This document shows, piece after piece, positions 38,422 to 50,368 of a stretch of 64,000 bases of DNA. The position numbers and the translations under genes are program-made. The notes under the pieces are model-generated. The model saw only the letters and a program-made list of their open reading frames with translations, was not told the origin of the DNA and made no database searches. Origin of the DNA: Octopus sinensis. Lineage: Eukaryota. How positions within the stretch are numbered: the stretch's first letter is position 1; each line of letters starts with the position of its first letter. The stretch spans positions 113,646,001 to 113,710,000 of the forward strand of contig NC_043002.1 in assembly GCF_006345805.1 (NCBI RefSeq), read 5' to 3'.

Positions 38422-40758
38422 CACTGGACAACAAAGATTTTGCTTCTGGGGTAAAAGCAATTGTTTTAGACTAAATCGTGGATGCTGATTCCGAATCTGC
38501 ACTCAGAATTGTTCTAGCAAGTCAGGATTTTGAGTTATGCACATGCACAAGATTATAACTACACTTTCGGCTAGATGTAGACCGTATTATAAAATTTTTT
38601 AAATTGAAAGCGGTCTTAATTCAAAATTAAAGAAATAGCAGCAATAAAACAAACGATGACAAAGTTCATTATTTAGTTTAGCAATAGATGGCGCTGACGT
38701 AGTGTGTGCAAATCCCAAATACGTCAGTTTGTTCTTGGTAACTCTCAGTGTCGTTTGTGCTGCCGTCATGGGTGGCATGTGTATCGCTCGCTCTGCGTGA
38801 TTACTGTTTTCACTGTGTAGGATCATGAATAGGAGAGACTGTGTGAATCCTCCGGCCAACTTTCATTATGTCTGTAGTGAATTTGTTCTGCATGACCAGC
38901 AGAACATTGCCACCAAATTAAAAACTACCTATAAATATTATTTCAGGTGTAAAGTTGGGGACCAGGCAAGAGGTGAGCACCTCATATATGCTGCACCATG
39001 CGTTACTTAGGGCTTACACAACAGCTGAATGGAAAATGGACGGGAATACCTTTTGCTGTACCAATGGTATGGCAAACCAATCATGTCTCTGATTGTTACT
39101 TTTGCATGATTAATATTGGTTTTTCAAAGAAAGCCAAAGCAAAAATTGTGTATGCAGATTGTAAGTTGAGTCTAAAACTGGTCCCACATGATTTTGAGAA
39201 CCCTGACTCAGTTCCCCTCTTACATGATTCACTTGAAGACCTTGACACCTCGCATGATGAACCCCCTGATTCTCCTATCAACAAAGAGTATATAGCTGAT
39301 TCTAAGAAAAATGAGCCACGCTTGTTTAATCAAGAAGATTTGAATGATTTAGTAAGAGACCTAGCATTGTTAAAGGAGAAGGCAGAAGTTTTGGCATCCA
39401 GACTACAGCTATGGTATCTCCTATAGCAAGGTACAAAAATTTCCATTTTCCGTTTTTACCATGAAGGCTCATCTGTCTATTTTAAGCAAGAAAATAATGC
39501 TTGTTTCTATACTGACATTACTGCACACATGCAAAAACTAGGACACGTGCATATGGCTAACGAATGGAGATTGTTTATAGACCCAAGAAAGGTTAGCCTC
39601 AAAGTTGTGTTGTTACATAATGATAATAAAAATCCTGCCATTCCTGTGGGTCATGTTGTCAGCATGGAAGAAACTTATGAATCGATAGAACTCATTCTGA
39701 AAGGAGTTAATTACTCAATTCCCAGAGTGGAATATTTGTGGTGATTTAAAGGTGATTTTCCTCCTCCTAGGACTACAGCTGGGATATACTAAGAATATGT
39801 GCTTCTTGTGTTTGGAACAGCCATGACAACAGCAATCATTACACTCTAAAAGACTGGCCTAACAGAGATGAGCACATAGTTGGTACAATGTGCAGCATAT
39901 GCCACTAGTAGACCTGCAAAAGATCTTCTTTCTACCCTTTCACAAAAAGCTCGGTCTCATGAAAAACTTTGTAAAAGCAATGACACAATGGCTGTGGCTT
40001 CCAATACCTAAAAGTAAAATTTGGTGCAGAGAAAAGTGATACAAAACTGAAAGCAGTCATTTTCATTGATGAATTGATGTCTGATGGCAAATTCAGAGGT
40101 AAACTGGATCCAGTTGAGCTGACAGCACAGGATTCATTCATGTTAGTTGTACAAAACTTTCATGGAAATTATAGAGCTGAAAACTATGCTGATTTAATAA
40201 GCAACATGCTAACAGCACATGAAAGAATGGGATGCCGAATAAATCCCTTAAAATGCACTTCTTACATTCTCATCTTGATTTTTTTCCAACGAATCTTGAT
40301 GTCATTAGTGATGAGCATGGCGAGAGGTTCCACCAGGACATATCTGTGATGGAAACAAGGTATCGAGTCTGGTTCGATCCACACATGATGGGTGACCAGC
40401 ACGACGCATAAGCGCAAGAGCAAGTGTCTCAAACATTTCTGAGCTGAGCATATCAAAAATAAGGTGAGTATTCCCTTAACATAAATATACTATGTACCAT
40501 TATATTAAAATACTATCTACCTTGAATATAAATATACTATATACAGTACTAATATACTATTATAATAATCATATACCTTGAACGTAACTATTCCTGATTC
40601 TAATATAGCATTAATATATAATTATGCGCATAACTCAAAATCCTGATGTGCTACAGCAATTCTGAGTTCAGATTCGGAATCAGCGTATTCGATTTAGTTT
40701 AGAACAGCACCATATGTCTGGGTAGCAGACAATAATTTTTCTTTTTTGTTGCCCAGTG
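38422..40758 (+). mobile_element. Chapaev3-like (CMC) DNA transposon, full length, decayed
   Basis: ~130-bp TIRs CACTGGACAAC... / ...GTTGCCCAGTG with shared GATTCCGAATC..CTCAGAATTG..CAGGATTTTGAGTTATGC; left flank TTA, right flank does not match. Confidence 0.7.
38825..40410 (+). pseudogene. Chapaev3-type transposase pseudogene
   Basis: Pieces YF.CKVGDQ, PFAVPMVW..NHVSDCYFC, WRLFID..KVSLKVVLLHN, CGDLKV, LGLMKNFVKAM, SDEHGERFHQDISVMETRY; multiple frameshifts and stops; family name from recalled motif similarity. Confidence 0.72.
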
Positions 40759-40824
40759 GATCTTCTATAACAATGTAACTGTTACATTTGCTGCTTTTCT
40801 AAACACAAACCGAGAAGATATCTT

Positions 40825-41030
40825 GTGGAACAGTTGTTATTTTAATGAGATACATCTTGTAATCACCTGAAGAGACACATCTACACTGACAGATACTCCT
40901 AAACCAGTTGTTAAGTATCCCACCCGTGAGGGATAAATGCTAGACAGCTCAAAACAACTATAGTGATTAATAAACATTCTTGTATCTTCCATCTTCCATG
41001 TGAACATGCTTTACTGGTAAGCTATCAGGT
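40825..41030 (+). mobile_element. Short PLE-pLTR-like element with decayed hammerhead
   Basis: Homologous to 44385-44575; AATCAC-CTGAAGA...TA-GTGATT; GAAA mutated to AAAA. Confidence 0.6.
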
Positions 41031-41124
41031 GTGTACCATACAATTTATTAGCTAATAATATATTATATATAGAAATATTAAAATTACTAAGTCTCTCTAA
41101 AGGAGATTACAGCAGCGTTACTGG

Positions 41125-41228
41125 ATATTAATAGTTATCGCCATACTAATATGGCAGTCTAAATATAAGACTAAAGCTTTAGTCTTATATTTAGACTGCC
41201 ATATTAGTATGGCGATAACTATTAATAT
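41125..41228. repeat. Perfect spacerless 104-bp palindrome
   Basis: 52-nt arms checked base by base, centre AAAG|CTTT. Confidence 0.95.
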
Positions 41229-41229
41229 T

Positions 41230-41311
<82 letters not shown>

Positions 41312-41317
<6 letters not shown>

Positions 41318-41515
41318 ATCTAAACAAAAAAGCACAAAAAAACACGACGCGAGGACGTGGAACAAATATAGTATTATTGGACGCTCAGGAAAGAAGGAAA
41401 AAAGGAGGGTTTAATGTTTCGAGCGGAGCTCTTCATCGGAAACATGGGAGAAGGAAAGATCCAGAGAAGGGAAGACAGAGGAAAAAAAATCGCCAATGGT
41501 ACACACGAGGTCACA
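41312..41515 (-). mobile_element. Short PLE-pLTR-like element in (TA)n
   Basis: Carries a hammerhead-like motif at 41409-41443; related copy at 31852. Confidence 0.65.
41409..41443 (-). ncRNA. Hammerhead-like motif (variant or decayed)
   Basis: GTTT-CCGATGA-A-GAGC tcc GCTC-GAAA-CA-TT-AAAC; U4 position is C. Confidence 0.45.
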
Positions 41516-41755
41516 TTTTATATATATATATGAGTCGATCAAGTATCAACCAATACATTGAGTGTAGCTCCTTTTTTATCAAATTCTTCCCCTGAAGAAA
41601 TACCCAATTTACTGATATTCGATATGAAAATTTAAATTAATTAATTGGGCATGGAAACAGCTGTAGGAGCGAGGAATTTGATAGTGTACAGAATTGACTA
41701 TGTTCAAATAAATTGATGTCTATGCCTAAGTTTCTCCATTTCCTTTTTCTATTAC

Positions 41756-41799
<44 letters not shown>

Positions 41800-42659
41800 A
41801 ATTTTTTTTTTGTTTCAGTCATTGGACTGCAACTATGTTAGGGCACTACTTTGTACGATGTGCTATTAATTTAAATCCAGTACTTATACTATCAAACTGA
41901 TTTTGCCAAACTGCTATGTTGCAGGTACATAAACAAACCAACACTGGTTATCAAACGGTGATGGGACAAACACAAAGACACACATCTACACACAATTTGA
42001 CAGACAGAAACTGAAAGAAGCCTCTCATATGTACATAGAGGTTGTGTCTATTTGTCTTCACATCACACAATTATTAACAAGCATTACCATCATATGAGCA
42101 ATGTCCTTAATGTTCAACCTTCTTTGAAAATATGTCCAGCCATGGGGAAATATTAGCTTGCTTGGAAACAGGTGACAGATAGTGACAAGAAGGGTACAAA
42201 ATAAATAAATGTGCCCTTTTAAGGCCTAACCAGGCTCATGGGCCCAGTTTCCTGGTTTCTATGGCGTATGTGTTCCCCAGCTGCACGGGATGCCAGTCCA
42301 TTGCAGCATTACTCATTTTTGCCAGCTGAGTGAACCAGAGCAATGTGAAATGAAGTGTTTTGCTCAAGAACACAACTCATCGCCCCGTCCAGGAATCGAA
42401 ACCACAATCTTACGATCATCTTGCTGACACCCTAACCACTAAGCCACATGCCTCCATACAAGAAGGGCATGTGGCATAGTAAAATTTGCATGACCATGAC
42501 CCATGCTAGAATAGAAAAGTGGACATGAAAAAGCGTGTGTGAATACAATGAGCTTCCCCACAGTTTCTGTCAGCCAAAATCACTCAGAAGATATTTAGTG
42601 CAATAGTAAAAGACACTTGCCCAAAATGCGAAGCAGACCCTGCTCAACACACAAATCTT

Positions 42660-43010
42660 TTTTTACTGGTTTCAGTCATTAGACTACAGCCATGCAGGGG
42701 CACCGCCTTGAAAACTTTTAGCCATATCAACCCCAGTACTTGATTTTATTTATTTTTTTAGCTTAGTACTTATTCTATCAATCTCTTTTTTCTGAACCGC
42801 TAAATTACAGGAACATAAACGCAACAACACTGGTTGTCAAGTGGTGGTGAGGTACATCTTTTCACACACACACACACACATATATATATATACTTTGGCT
42901 TTGGTCAGGCCGAGGGTATAGTTGAAGACACTTACCCAAGGTGCCATACAGTGGGACTGAACCAGGAACCATGTAGCCAGGAAGCAAACTTCATACCACA
43001 CAGCCATGCC
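42660..43010 (-). mobile_element. SINE family B, older copy
   Basis: Diverged homolog of family B. Confidence 0.7.
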
Positions 43011-43254
43011 ATATTATTGTTTCAAATTTTGGCACACAGGCAGCAATTTTAGTGGAAAAGGGATTAGTCAGTACCATCGACCCTAGTTCTTGACTGGTAG
43101 CATAACTTACCAATCCAGGGATGGGGGGAAGTGATAGACGAAATAAAGATGTGATGAGTCAGAGTAAAAACTGCAAAGCCTTTTTTTCCGATACCCTAAT
43201 GACTCTATCACTTCGCCTATGATATTTATATATATGTATATATATGTGTATATA

Positions 43255-43575
43255 TATGTGTTAGAGCATCGAGCTTACGATCGTGAGGTTGTGAGCTCGA
43301 ATCCCGGACCGGGCTGCGTGTTGTGTTCTTGAGCAAGACACTTTATTTCACGTTGCTCCAGTTCACTCAGCTGTAGAAATGAGTTGCGATGTCACAGGTG
43401 CCAAGCTGTATTGGCCCTTGCCTTTCCCTTGGATAACACTGGTGGTATGGAGAGGAGAGGCTGGTATGCATGGGCGACTGCTGGTTTTCCATAAAACAAC
43501 CTTGCCCAGTCTTGTGCCTCAGAGGGTAACTCTCTAGGTGCAAACCCATGGTCAGTGTCTGACCGAAGGGGGTCA
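43255..43575 (+). mobile_element. tRNA-derived SINE family F
   Basis: B-box-like AGCTCGAATCCC, CTTGAGCAAGACACTTTAT..CACTCAGCTGTAGAAATGAG central domain. Confidence 0.8.
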
Positions 43576-43739
43576 AAAAAAAAATATATATGTGTATATA
43601 TACGTGTGTATATATATATGTATATATGTATATATACATACACACACACACGTGAGTTGTCTAACACTTCATTGTAGCCCTTGTGCAAAACTGGTTGGTA
43701 AGATCAGCCATGATGGACATATAATACTGTACACTTTAG

Positions 43740-43781
<42 letters not shown>

Positions 43782-44010
43782 GATAATAAAACGGTTTGCA
43801 CCTGGTAGCTTACTGGGAAAGCATGGTCATTTCCACAGTGATCGTTATGTATATGGCAAGTGAAAGACGAAAGATAGTTAACTCACTTTGTGATCATGAG
43901 TGCACCAAACCTCACGTGTGCGTATTCTCATATTTTCACAGATGCTTGTATGAGCAAATGCACTCACACCATGCAGCTTGCCCAAGGGCACTTATACATC
44001 CATATTTGAA

Positions 44011-44227
44011 GGCGGTGAGCTGGCAGAAACGTTAGCACGCCGGGCGAAATGCGTAGCCGTATTTCGTTTGCCATTACGTTCTGAGTTCAAATTCCGCCGA
44101 GGTTGACTTTGCCTTTCATCCTTTCGGGGTCGATAAATTAAGTACCAGTTACGCACTGGGATCGATCTAATCGACTTAATCCGTTTGTCTGTCCTTGTTT
44201 GTCCCCTTGTGGGTAGTAAAGAAATAC
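44011..44227 (+). mobile_element. SINE family A
   Basis: Near-identical to 517 copy. Confidence 0.88.
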
Positions 44228-44384
44228 ATATTTGTTCACGGTTATTTTCAATACTTTTTTCGCTGTATTGCATGTTCATTTCACTTTTTTTCCCCATCTG
44301 TGATTTTATTTTTATGTTCTATATAAATGGAGATATTTCCTCTGACTGGCTGGGTTTTTTTTTTTTCCTACAAAATGAGAAGTT

Positions 44385-44575
44385 ACATTGCAGAACTGTT
44401 ATTTTAACGAGTTGTATCTATTTATCACCTGATGAGACACACCTGCACTGCCAGATGCTCCTGAACCAGTTGTTGAGTGTCCCATCCATGAGGAATCAAT
44501 GCTAGAGGTGTCGAAACATTTGTCATGATTAATAAATTCTCATATAATCTATCTTCCGTCTTTCATTTGCTATCA
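44385..44575 (+). mobile_element. Short PLE-pLTR-like element with long-loop hammerhead motif
   Basis: CTGATGA(44429)-GACAC..67 nt..GTGTC-GAAA-CATTTG-TC, followed by AATAAA. Confidence 0.6.
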
Positions 44576-44750
44576 TGATAGATCACTAGCCACTACACAT
44601 TCTTTATTTTCTCTCCTTGCTTCTTTCTGTGGAAGAGCATAGGCTTGAAACATTAAAGACTTTTTCACTTCCCGAGCGTTAAACTAATACATCTGTTTGT
44701 TGTCTACACCACCTGTGTTCGTCTTTTGTTTTTTTGTAAATTCTCCCTAC
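44576..44750 (+). mobile_element. Short PLE-pLTR-like element with variant hammerhead-like fold
   Basis: TCTTT-CTGTGGA-A-GAGC atag GCTT-GAAA-CA-TT-AAAGA; downstream TTCCCGAGCGT..AATAC shared with the 41312 family. Confidence 0.5.
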
Positions 44751-44769
44751 ATATATATATATATATATA

Positions 44770-45032
44770 TATCTGTAAATGTAATATGTGACAATTATTC
44801 GGTAGCCATGATAAAACTCCAATTTTCGGATGTCGGGGTGGAAATCCATGCTGCCATCTCTTCAGTTATCCGGCCATCGGAAAATATACTATGCAAAAAG
44901 GTCATTTTCATAGCATTTTTTCCGATGGCCAGATAACTGAAGAGATGGCAGCATGGATTTCCACCCCGACATCCGAAAATTGGAGTTTTATAATGGCTAC
45001 TGAATAATTGTCACATATTACATTTACAGATA
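44770..45032. repeat. 115-bp inverted repeat, 33-nt spacer
   Basis: Arms 44770-44884 and 44918-45032, three mismatches seen. Confidence 0.93.
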
Positions 45033-45461
45033 AATTCCTCTATTTACATAATATCGAGGTCTCTTTCATTCTTTTGTTATCTTACCATTTCTATCAATAT
45101 ATATATATATATATATATACATATATAGGCTCCAAAAGGGGTCTCAGGGAGTAGCGTCTCTGCCTTCCTGAGCTAGTTTTCCAGCACATTTCTTAAAAAT
45201 CATGGTAGAGGCCTTGGTCTCAGGGACCACCCATGTCTAGAAATTGATGTTGGGGGTTAGCAAGGGCATGCTCTCCAGAGAAAATCCAGCTCCAAAAAAA
45301 AGCCTCATGATAGCAAGGGAGAATGGGCACCAGCCAACCCAAAGGTTGGGGTGGGCTGCACCTGCCTGCTTCAGTTGCTATGGCATTGAGGTAGATCCAG
45401 CCACCCCCGTTAACGCGGTCAAAACCCGAATTTAAAACACTGGATGATATTCTTTTGTTCT

Positions 45462-45775
45462 TCTACTTGTTTCAGTCATTTGACTGCGGCCATGCTGGAG
45501 CACCGCCTTTAGTCGAACAAATCGGCCCCAGGATTTATTCTTTGTAAGCCTAGTACTTATTCTATCAGTCTCTTTTGCCGAACTGCTAAGTTATGGGGAC
45601 GTAAACACACCAATATCGGTTGTCAAGTGACAGTGGGGGGGGGGGCAAACACGGACACACAAATATATACATACATATACATATATACGACGGGCTTTTT
45701 TCAGTCTCCATCAACCAAATCTACTCACAAGGCTTTGATCGGCTCGAGGCTATAGCAGAAGGCACTTGCCCAAGC
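45462..45775 (-). mobile_element. SINE family B, head truncated
   Basis: Homology to other copies. Confidence 0.85.
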
Positions 45776-45834
45776 TGATAATATGTGTGTGTGTGTGTAA
45801 TGCATATTTATATATAATGTATAAATTATTCATC

Positions 45835-45837
45835 GAG

Positions 45838-45907
<70 letters not shown>

Positions 45908-45946
45908 CATATATCAATGGTGTATGCGAATGAAAACGAAACACCC

Positions 45947-45988
<42 letters not shown>

Positions 45989-45990
45989 TA
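45835..45990. repeat. (TA)n-rich tract
   Basis: Directly visible. Confidence 0.9.
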
Positions 45991-46234
45991 TATACATGGA
46001 TCAAAGTATATGTATGTATGCATATCAACTCGATAAACGTTTTCTACGTGCTTTATTAATGCAAATTTCTAAGTACATTCTACTTTTGTGTTAATTTGTT
46101 TTTATTTTAATAATCAAAACAACCATTTACGTCATCCTGTGTATTTTATACGTGTACTGTAAAACGGGTATCTTCGCATACCTTAAATCGTTTCAACGGA
46201 CTTTACACTATACGCTCACCAAGCATACATTTAT

Positions 46235-46273
<39 letters not shown>

Positions 46274-47614
46274 GCATATATACAAACAAAAATAAATATA
46301 TTTATACAAAGAGAGTGGTGATTTGTTTACAGTAGTTCATGTAGGTCAATGCTTGTTAGAAGTCTGACGTAGGAGCCACTACAAAGACGTTTGATATGCC
46401 AGAAATAGCAACTAAATGTCTCTCATATACGCACACTCACACACACACATACACATGTACTACGTACATAAGTATGTGCATTTATACACACACACTACTT
46501 AAAAAAATATAATATACTGGAAAATGTAGTACTTCATTACACAACGATCGGGTGATCATGCTAGAATATCTTTGATGGTAGGCCTAATGAAGGAGAGTAG
46601 ACCTGCGGTTAAATAACAAGCGCAATATTGTTTAAAATTCGCGAAGTAACAAACATACAGATCTTTGTATGTCGTTGGCAACAGGTAAACAATTGTAAGG
46701 TGGAAAGAATATCTCATTTAGGCAGGAATGGCTACAAAAGAGTTTTTGAAGCCATGATTTTTTTTTTTTTTTGCGTTGACCACATGGGTTCAGAATGTGT
46801 TCAAATATATCTGCATTATTATCTGTCTTCGAAAATTTATTCTAAATTTTGATATACCAATTTGTGTAAATGCAAGATTTGAACATATGTAGTGAAAAGC
46901 ACAATACTTAAGCGTTAAAATATGTAACAATGGTCTTGCTTATGCGAATATCCACTCTAAGTGTATTTGCGTATGAAAGTCTAAAATAGGCAACAATTAC
47001 GATGAATAACGAGATTTTTCATAAATCCAAAACACGAAATAAAAAAAAAGAAAAACCTGTGAATATGCACACAAACAGAATTCTGAATGTGTGTGGTGAA
47101 AATTAAAGCCAAAACGACACTTCCTCTTATGCAAAAGTAATTATGAACCAAATCTAAAACACTGAAAAAACTACTAAGTGACCTGGCTGGTTTTCAATTA
47201 TTAAGGACTGCGTATTAAGTTCATCTGTAGATTCACATTATTGTCTTCATCTAGATATCTTTTTTTTTTTATTTATAGCAAGTGTATGTAATGTTACGCA
47301 ATAGTTAAATCGCGAATCATAATTCACATTTCCCACTTACTTTGAACTTATATTTTATAAGGCATATTAATAAAATAGCTGATCCCATATGTGTACGAAT
47401 GCAGCAGATCAGAAGAGTTCCCAGAAACTGAGCTAGATAGAATAATTACTGGTTTATTAATCTTGTATACTCCATCAAGTATAAGATGTATTCATAGCCT
47501 TCCATAATATATCAGAAGACCATCACCTCACAAAAACTAACACAGTGCAGTTAAAATCTCCCATCTGATTGCAATAAGCTCATTATATGAAAGAAAAAAA
47601 ATACAACGACGTAC

Positions 47615-47653
47615 CTTACAATAAGAGTTAATTCCGTTTAGATCCATAGACAT
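47615..47653 (-). other. Candidate first exon end with short ORF MSMDLNGINSYCK
   Basis: ATG with upstream in-frame stop, donor AAG|GTACGT, in unique CpG-retaining sequence. Confidence 0.35.
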
Positions 47654-48689
47654 CTTTCCTACGATGAAGGTTACTAGAGCCCTCACCGAGATAACAGGAA
47701 AGTATTAGTGGGGGAGGATCTGGAGAGAAGAGTGGGTGATGGAGTGGGGTCTAGGCGCACCTGTCCACTTAACAGCCGTTACGTTTACTATCAATGTGCG
47801 CTGGTGGAAGACCCAGGAGAAGCCATCAGTTTAAAGCTTGGAGGCGCGGTCATTCTCTATCATAAACTGAACGAAGTGAAACTGCTATATTTAGAAAACA
47901 CGGAGGGGAACTGGCACTGATGCGTGGGAGAGAGAAAGAGTGGGTGAAGCAAAGAATAAGAAAAAGAATATTATCTTTTATCTTCTTCAGAAGATAAAGA
48001 TATTATTAAACAAACAATACTGCCCAAAATATTAGGAAAGCTACACAAATACGTAAAGCTGTTATTTACTAATAAGAAGTATGTGGCAAGTGTATGTTCA
48101 ATAAAAAATAAACTAAAAGGTTCTAACCTCGGCGATTTGTTATCTCTAATTTACTTGTCCTTTGACATTCTTATTATTTTATCTGTACAGCTTTTATTGC
48201 AGTAGCTTATATGTTGCAAGCAAGCTGTTGAGGTATAAGCATGTTTAATTCATGTAACCTGGAACACCTGGACAAGCGCATACATACATGGACACCGAAC
48301 TCTATAAATTGACGCGCAACCTCATACATGCATGGCTTATAAATTCGTATACACATACAAAAACACACACACGCAATTTGGACAGTAGCACTCTATAAAC
48401 TCGGTTATATATTTAGTTGTGCATAGATCCATATATGCACGCAGCTTACAAAATATTCGGCTGTCGCTCTATTTCGAGGATATTTTAGTTCGTTTATCTT
48501 ATATATATATATTTTTTTTTTTATATATATATATAGGAGTACAGTTATATTTCATCTTTTGAATATTGAAACATCTGGGCAATGAAAGTATCTAGATGTG
48601 TTACAAAGATATGTGTTTAGTTTGTATATTTATAACATCAAAATTCGGTCTAGATTATAACGTCGAAATTCACAGACAAGAGGCCACCA

Positions 48690-48860
48690 CCCTCTGTTCG
48701 TTTGGCAAAACATCAAAACGTGACTGACGAGTCACGAAATCGGTTCGGTCACGTGCTGGCAATTACTGATACATTTGCCAGGCGTATCTCGGTTCTTTTC
48801 ATTTTGCTATAATCCAATTGCTCTCTCTTCTAATGAGAAGTATTGGATTGGTGAGGTCGC
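48690..48860. promoter_or_regulatory. Candidate promoter
   Basis: CpG-rich unique sequence with TGACTGACGAGTCACG, E-box CACGTG, CCAAT and ATTGG. Confidence 0.3.
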
Positions 48861-49591
48861 TGAAGAAAGTGATATATAATTACAAACTACTTTTCAATGT
48901 CATCATTTGTACTTTTGTTACGTGTATTGTCTAGAAATTCCTGATTACCTGCAGTTAGGCTTTTTTGCTCAACATTTTATTTTTTATTCGATTTAAACCT
49001 GTGCCCCCATCATAGCTGATATTATTCATTTTATTCAACATGTACTCTTAATTTTAGCTTTCGAATTATTACTACTTCAAGCCAATTATGGAGCTTCTTT
49101 CTGTGGTCCTGCTAGAAAAAGCAACTAAATTTCCTTCATGACACATCCCTATTATATTACAAAAAAGGGGATCATTTTGGATAATGTAGTCTTAGATATA
49201 GATTTATGTAAGATGGGATGGTCATGGCTGGAACATTTTTTGAGCAAAATGTCAGGTCGATTAGGACTAAAGGTTAAATTACTACCACTACTAATAACCA
49301 CCACCGCTAATAATAATGATGATGATAATGATACTTAATGACGTCATATGACGGGTAACATTTGCCACCCGGGTAATGTCAAGAAATACTTATAATAGGA
49401 CTTCTATCAAATTTCTTGGTGCTAATACCAAATGATGGAACGAATACTAATTTTCAAACAAAAATACTTATTAACTTCAAATTAAATAAAACAAATTTCT
49501 CATTTGTATATTTGTCTTAATTTTATCAACTTAGTAATTTGCAGTCCACTCAATCGGAAGCTTATCTCGGCAAAATTTCAGCAAGATGATA

Positions 49592-49988
49592 TACTCTTTT
49601 TTACTCTTTTACCCTTTTACTTGTTTCAGTCATTTGACTGCGGCCATGCTGGAGCACCGCCTTTAGTCGAGCACATCGACCCCAGGACTTATTCTTTTGC
49701 CGAACCGCCAAATTACGGGGACGTAAATACACCAGCATCGGCCGTGAAGCAATGCCAGGGGGACAAACACAGACACACAAACACACACACACACATACAT
49801 ATATATATATACATACATATATACGACGAGCTTCTTTCAGTTTCCGTCTACCAAATCCACTCACAAGGCTTTGGTCGGCCCGAAGCTATAGTAGAAGACA
49901 CTTGCCCAAGATGCCACGCAGTGGGACTGAACTCGGAACCATGTGGTTGGTAAACAAGCTACTTACCACACAGCCACTCCTACGCCTA
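49592..49988 (-). mobile_element. SINE family B, full length
   Basis: Homology to other copies. Confidence 0.9.
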
Positions 49989-50035
49989 TTTTTTTTTAGT
50001 AAGTTATAAAACACTCATCTTGCACCTCCTGTGTT

Positions 50036-50076
<41 letters not shown>

Positions 50077-50368
50077 CTCTCTCTCTCTCTCTCTCACCCG
50101 TCGAAATGCCTACATTCAACAGTCTTGTAAGAGAACACTGCGAGTTGGCTTGGTGTATTCACACCTGTTTATTTGTCTACAGCGGGAAATCTTTTCCTTT
50201 TGAACGGCACTTTTCAACACAATTTCTGGTTAACTAAACACTTTAAAACTTCGTATACTGGTAGAATGTGTCAAAATAAAACATTTTTTTCTCTTGGCTT
50301 TCTTGAGAAAATTGTAATTTGTTTGTTTAACGTAGTTTAATTTTTCGAATTTTAACCAATACCTGTAG

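Noticed and set aside
43120-43215. Type II hammerhead
   Set aside because: Core is mutated and there is no stem I; better explained as the short inverted ends of a MITE.
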